Positions 28,666 through 32,000 of a stretch of DNA of 32,000 nt are shown here, piece by piece. The notes beneath the pieces were generated by a model, which ran no database searches, was not told where the DNA came from, and worked only from the letters and a program-made list of their open reading frames with translations. Source of the DNA: Desulfobulbus propionicus DSM 2032 (GTDB lineage Bacteria > Desulfobacterota > Desulfobulbia > Desulfobulbales > Desulfobulbaceae). Location: positions 3,810,001 through 3,842,000 of the forward strand of contig NC_014972.1 of assembly GCF_000186885.1 (NCBI RefSeq), in the 5' to 3' direction. Each line of letters begins with the position of its first letter. Positions within the stretch are counted from its first letter, which is position 1. Made by a program: the position numbers and the translations under genes.

Positions 28666-31600
28666 TCAGCCGTTCCCTGTTGCTGCCGACCGCAGCAGCT
28701 GTTCGATTTTTTCCTGCAATCCTTGGACGGTGAAGGGCTTTTTGATAAAGGGAAGCTCGCTGTCCCGGTCGTCGAGGACAAGAATGTCTGCGGCATAACC
28801 GGACATGAACAACACCTTGATGTCCGGCCGCCGGGCCAGGATTTGGCGGCTCAATTCCCGGCCGTTCATCTCCGGCATGACCACATCGGTGAGCAGCAGA
28901 TCAATCGTCCGCTCCGCGTCGGCGCAGATGGTCAGAGCCTCCTGCGGAGTCATCGCCACCAGCACGGTGTAGCCGCTCATCTCAAGAATGTCCCTGGCCA
29001 TTTGCCGCACGGTTTCCTCGTCCTCGACCAGCAGGATGGTGCCGCATTTGTCCCGTGCCAGTAGGTGCTGCCGTTCCTCGGTCAGGCCCTCGGAGTGGAC
29101 CGTGCTGCGGGGCAGGAACACCTTGAAGACGGTGCCGACGCCCACCTCGCTCTCGACCAGCACCAGCCCCCTGTTCTGGCTGACGATGCCGTAGATCGTC
29201 GCCAGCCCAAGCCCCGTGCCCTTGCCGCTTTCCTTGGTGGTGTAGAAGGGTTCAAAGATGTGCGCAAGGGTCTCCGGTCCCATGCCGCTGCCGGTGTCGC
29301 TGACCGTCAACCGCACATAGTCGCCCGCCGTGATTTCCGGATAGTGCCGGACAAAGGCGGCATCCAGGTGGACATTGGCGGTCGTCACGGTCAGCAGGCC
29401 GCCCTGCTCCATGGCGTCGCGGGCATTGACCACCAGGTTCATGATCACCTGGTCCACTTGGGTGGGATCCATGTGGATCGGCCACAATCCATCGGCCAGT
29501 CTGACCTCGAAGCGGATGTCCTCGCGGATCAGCCGGCCAAGCCCCTTGTGCACCCCCTTGACCACGGCGTTGAGGTCCAGCACCTGGGGGGAAATGGCCT
29601 CCTGCCGTGAAAAGGCCAGCAGTTGGCGGGTGATGTCTCGCGACTGGGTGGCGGCCCTGATGATTTGATTGAGATAGCCGCGCATTTTGTCCGGGCTCGG
29701 TTGGCTGCTTTTCGCCAGGTCGGCATAGCCGAGAATGACCGACAGCTGGTTGTTGAAGTCGTGGGCCACGCCGCCGGCCAGACGACCGACCGCTTCCATC
29801 TTCTGCGCCTGACGCAGCTGGGCCTCAAGCCTGCGCTTTTCCCGCTCCTCTTCCTTTCGTCCGGTGGTGTCGACCATGATTCCCCGCCGCCACCGTGGCA
29901 CGCCGTTTTCCGCAACCACGGTAACCATGTCTTGCATCCATACTGTCTCGCCGTTTTCCGCCAGGAAACGGTATTCCAGGACATGGTCCTCGCCGGCCCT
30001 GGTCTTGGCTTGGGCATGGGCAGAGACGTGCTCGCGGTCCTCCGGGTGGAGGTGCGCGCGCCAGAACCCCTTCGCCGCCCAGGCTTCCACCGGATAGCCC
30101 AGCAGCCGTTCCGCCTGCCGGCTGACATAGGTGAAGGCAAAGGTGTGCGCATCCGCTTCCCAGACAATGCCGTCCACGGAATCAACCAAATTGACGAAAC
30201 GGGCGCGTTCCGTGCGCAGTTCCTCCTCGATCCGTTTCTTTTCGGTGATATCCCATGCCACCCCCAGCACCCCGAGCAGGCGGCCGGAGTCATCGTAGAT
30301 CGGGGTCTTGATGGTTTCCAGCAGCTCCCGGTGGCCGTCGGCGGCATAGGTGATCCATTCCTCGTTGATCGTCGGCTGCCCGTTGTCGATGGCCTTGCGG
30401 TCGTTGGCCCGGAAAAAATCGGCCTGCTCGCGGGCGACGAAATCGTAATCCGTCTTGCCGACGATATGTGCTTCGCTGGTACCGAAAAACTGTTCAAAGC
30501 GGTTGTTGCAGCTCAGGTAGACGCCATCCGGGTCTTTCATCCAGATCATCGCCGGCACGGTCTGGAGAAGGTTGCGCAGCCGGGCGCGTTCCGTTTCCAA
30601 AACCTGCTGAGCCTGCTTGAGCGCGGTGATATCATGGGCCATGAAGTAAATGCAGTCTTCCCCCCAGACGGTGATCGGCCGCATGAACATCAGGGCATCA
30701 CGCCTGTCGCCGGATTTGGTGGTGAGCACGAATTCATAATTTTCCAGCCATCCCCGCTCATGGATAATGGCCATGGCTCCGGCCCGCGCCTCCTGGGTCC
30801 ACAACCCCAGCCCCACCGAGGTCCGCCCCAGGGTCTCTTCCCGTTCATATCCGGTCATGGCGATGAAACCATCATTCACCTCGAGGAAGCAGCCATCGCT
30901 CATGCGGGTGATGCCGGCCATTTCCGGCATCAGACGAAAGATGGCCGCGTATTTTTGTTCCGAGAGGCGCAATTCCTCCTCGGCCCGTTTGCGGTCGGCC
31001 ACTTCCCGCCGCAGCTCTTGATTGCGTATCTGCTCCCGGGCGGGACGGGCCGCCAGCGACCAGATGAAGGCCGCCACCAACAGGCTGTTGAGCAGGCCGA
31101 TCCAGAACAACGGCGAATCGATCGGCGTTTTCCGCGGCCAGCCGCCTTTGCGCACCGCGCAGATCTGCCACTGCGTTCCGGGAACATTCACCGGCATGCA
31201 GACCGGATTGTCGGCAAACAGCCGCTCCTCCCCGCGCAGGATCAGGCCGGGCCCGCCCTGGTGGTCGACTTTGCGCAGACCGATGGCAAATCCCTTCGTT
31301 GCCTCCACGCCACCGACATCGAGCAGGGCATCGACCCGGGTCACCACCGACACGATCCCCCAGTAACGAGGTTCGGTCCCTGGCGGCCTGTTGGCGGCGG
31401 TGAACACGGGGACTCGGGCGATCAGTCCCTCGCCGCCCTGCACCAGCCGGTGGGGGCCGGCGAGGATGGGGCGTCTGCTGGCCATCGCCTGACGCACGGC
31501 CGCGTACTGCTCCGGGTTGGATGCGTAGCGAAACCCGATGGCCTCCTTGTTGCCTTCGAGGGGAAAGATCATGGCCATCTTGTTGTCGGGGGCGATGCCA

Positions 31601-31986
31601 ATGTTGTGAATCTGGGGATGCCCCTTGATGGCCTGCCGGGCCAGGGCCTCGAACAGATCGTGGCTGATGGTTCCCTGGTGGGCGATGACATCGGCAAGGG
31701 CCGAGGTGGCGCTGAAGACCGTGGCCACGGTGCCTTCCAGGCGGGCGCGGATGGTGGCCAGGTCGTTGAGCGCCTGGCCGCGCGCCTCGCTGATCCGCTG
31801 TTGCGTGTCCAGCAGACCGATCCGCCAGCTGAGCAGGGCGCCCAGCAGCAGCGCCAGGCCGGCCAGGACCCAGGGAATCTGGATGCATCGGGAGATGACG
31901 TTCGCTGTCCTTGGTTGCTCCACATCCGCCTCCCCAAAAATGTCCGGCCCGGAAGGCCCGATGCCGGAGAAGAGCCGAAAATCCAT
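28666..31986 (-). CDS. Hybrid sensor histidine kinase: CHASE-like extracytoplasmic sensor, PAS repeats, HisKA, HATPase, C-terminal receiver
   Basis: TM plus CHASE-like HPQIHNIGIAPDNKMAMIFPLEGNKEAIGFRY; several PAS segments; VGRLAGGVAHDFNNQLSVILGYADLA (H-box); GSGMGPETLAHIFEPFYTTKESGKGTGLGLAT; ILLVEDEETVRQM...LLLTDVVMPEMNGRELS...KKPF. Confidence 0.92.
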   Translation of the reverse strand: MDFRLFSGIGPSGPDIFGEADVEQPRTANVISRCIQIPWVLAGLALLLGALLSWRIGLLDTQQRISEARGQALNDLATIRARLEGTVATVFSATSALADVIAHQGTISHDLFEALARQAIKGHPQIHNIGIAPDNKMAMIFPLEGNKEAIGFRYASNPEQYAAVRQAMASRRPILAGPHRLVQGGEGLIARVPVFTAANRPPGTEPRYWGIVSVVTRVDALLDVGGVEATKGFAIGLRKVDHQGGPGLILRGEERLFADNPVCMPVNVPGTQWQICAVRKGGWPRKTPIDSPLFWIGLLNSLLVAAFIWSLAARPAREQIRNQELRREVADRKRAEEELRLSEQKYAAIFRLMPEMAGITRMSDGCFLEVNDGFIAMTGYEREETLGRTSVGLGLWTQEARAGAMAIIHERGWLENYEFVLTTKSGDRRDALMFMRPITVWGEDCIYFMAHDITALKQAQQVLETERARLRNLLQTVPAMIWMKDPDGVYLSCNNRFEQFFGTSEAHIVGKTDYDFVAREQADFFRANDRKAIDNGQPTINEEWITYAADGHRELLETIKTPIYDDSGRLLGVLGVAWDITEKKRIEEELRTERARFVNLVDSVDGIVWEADAHTFAFTYVSRQAERLLGYPVEAWAAKGFWRAHLHPEDREHVSAHAQAKTRAGEDHVLEYRFLAENGETVWMQDMVTVVAENGVPRWRRGIMVDTTGRKEEEREKRRLEAQLRQAQKMEAVGRLAGGVAHDFNNQLSVILGYADLAKSSQPSPDKMRGYLNQIIRAATQSRDITRQLLAFSRQEAISPQVLDLNAVVKGVHKGLGRLIREDIRFEVRLADGLWPIHMDPTQVDQVIMNLVVNARDAMEQGGLLTVTTANVHLDAAFVRHYPEITAGDYVRLTVSDTGSGMGPETLAHIFEPFYTTKESGKGTGLGLATIYGIVSQNRGLVLVESEVGVGTVFKVFLPRSTVHSEGLTEERQHLLARDKCGTILLVEDEETVRQMARDILEMSGYTVLVAMTPQEALTICADAERTIDLLLTDVVMPEMNGRELSRQILARRPDIKVLFMSGYAADILVLDDRDSELPFIKKPFTVQGLQEKIEQLLRSAATGNG

Positions 31987-32000
31987 TGAGATGTATGCGC

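Noticed and set aside
29623-31989. 788 aa plus-strand ORF opposite the hybrid kinase
   Set aside because: Composition-driven antisense frame, rich in Gly/Arg/His/Gln with no motif; the kinase on the minus strand explains the sequence.

Overview
The window is about 62% GC by eye and reads as a Desulfobacterota (Desulfobulbales-like) chromosomal segment. The taxonomic label is inference from gene content only. It is densely packed with recognisable genes: (1) a truncated pal-like lipoprotein; (2) a polar amino-acid ABC transporter with a translationally coupled cupin gene; (3) pyrG-kdsA-kdsC-lptC; (4) dapL; (5) a decayed ~0.75 kb interval holding a DUF262-like gene fragment; (6) a periplasmic [NiFe]-hydrogenase operon (small subunit, FeS subunit, large subunit, maturation protease, NrfD/HybB-type membrane subunit, monoheme cytochrome c); (7) an orphan exported protein; (8) a late cobalamin cluster (cobO, cobQ, HisC-like aminotransferase/decarboxylase, cbiB); (9) phoR/phoB with a divergent phoU; (10) an FKBP(SlyD-like)-methyltransferase fusion with a class II photolyase; (11) a Do-family protease; (12) a CHASE-PAS hybrid histidine kinase. 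I found no CRISPR array, rRNA, recognisable tRNA, intact mobile element or convincing new defence system. The observations most worth following up are a promoter plus intrinsic-terminator arrangement in the pyrG leader, the FKBP-methyltransferase fusion, the hydrogenase operon layout with its upstream palindrome, and the DUF262 remnant.
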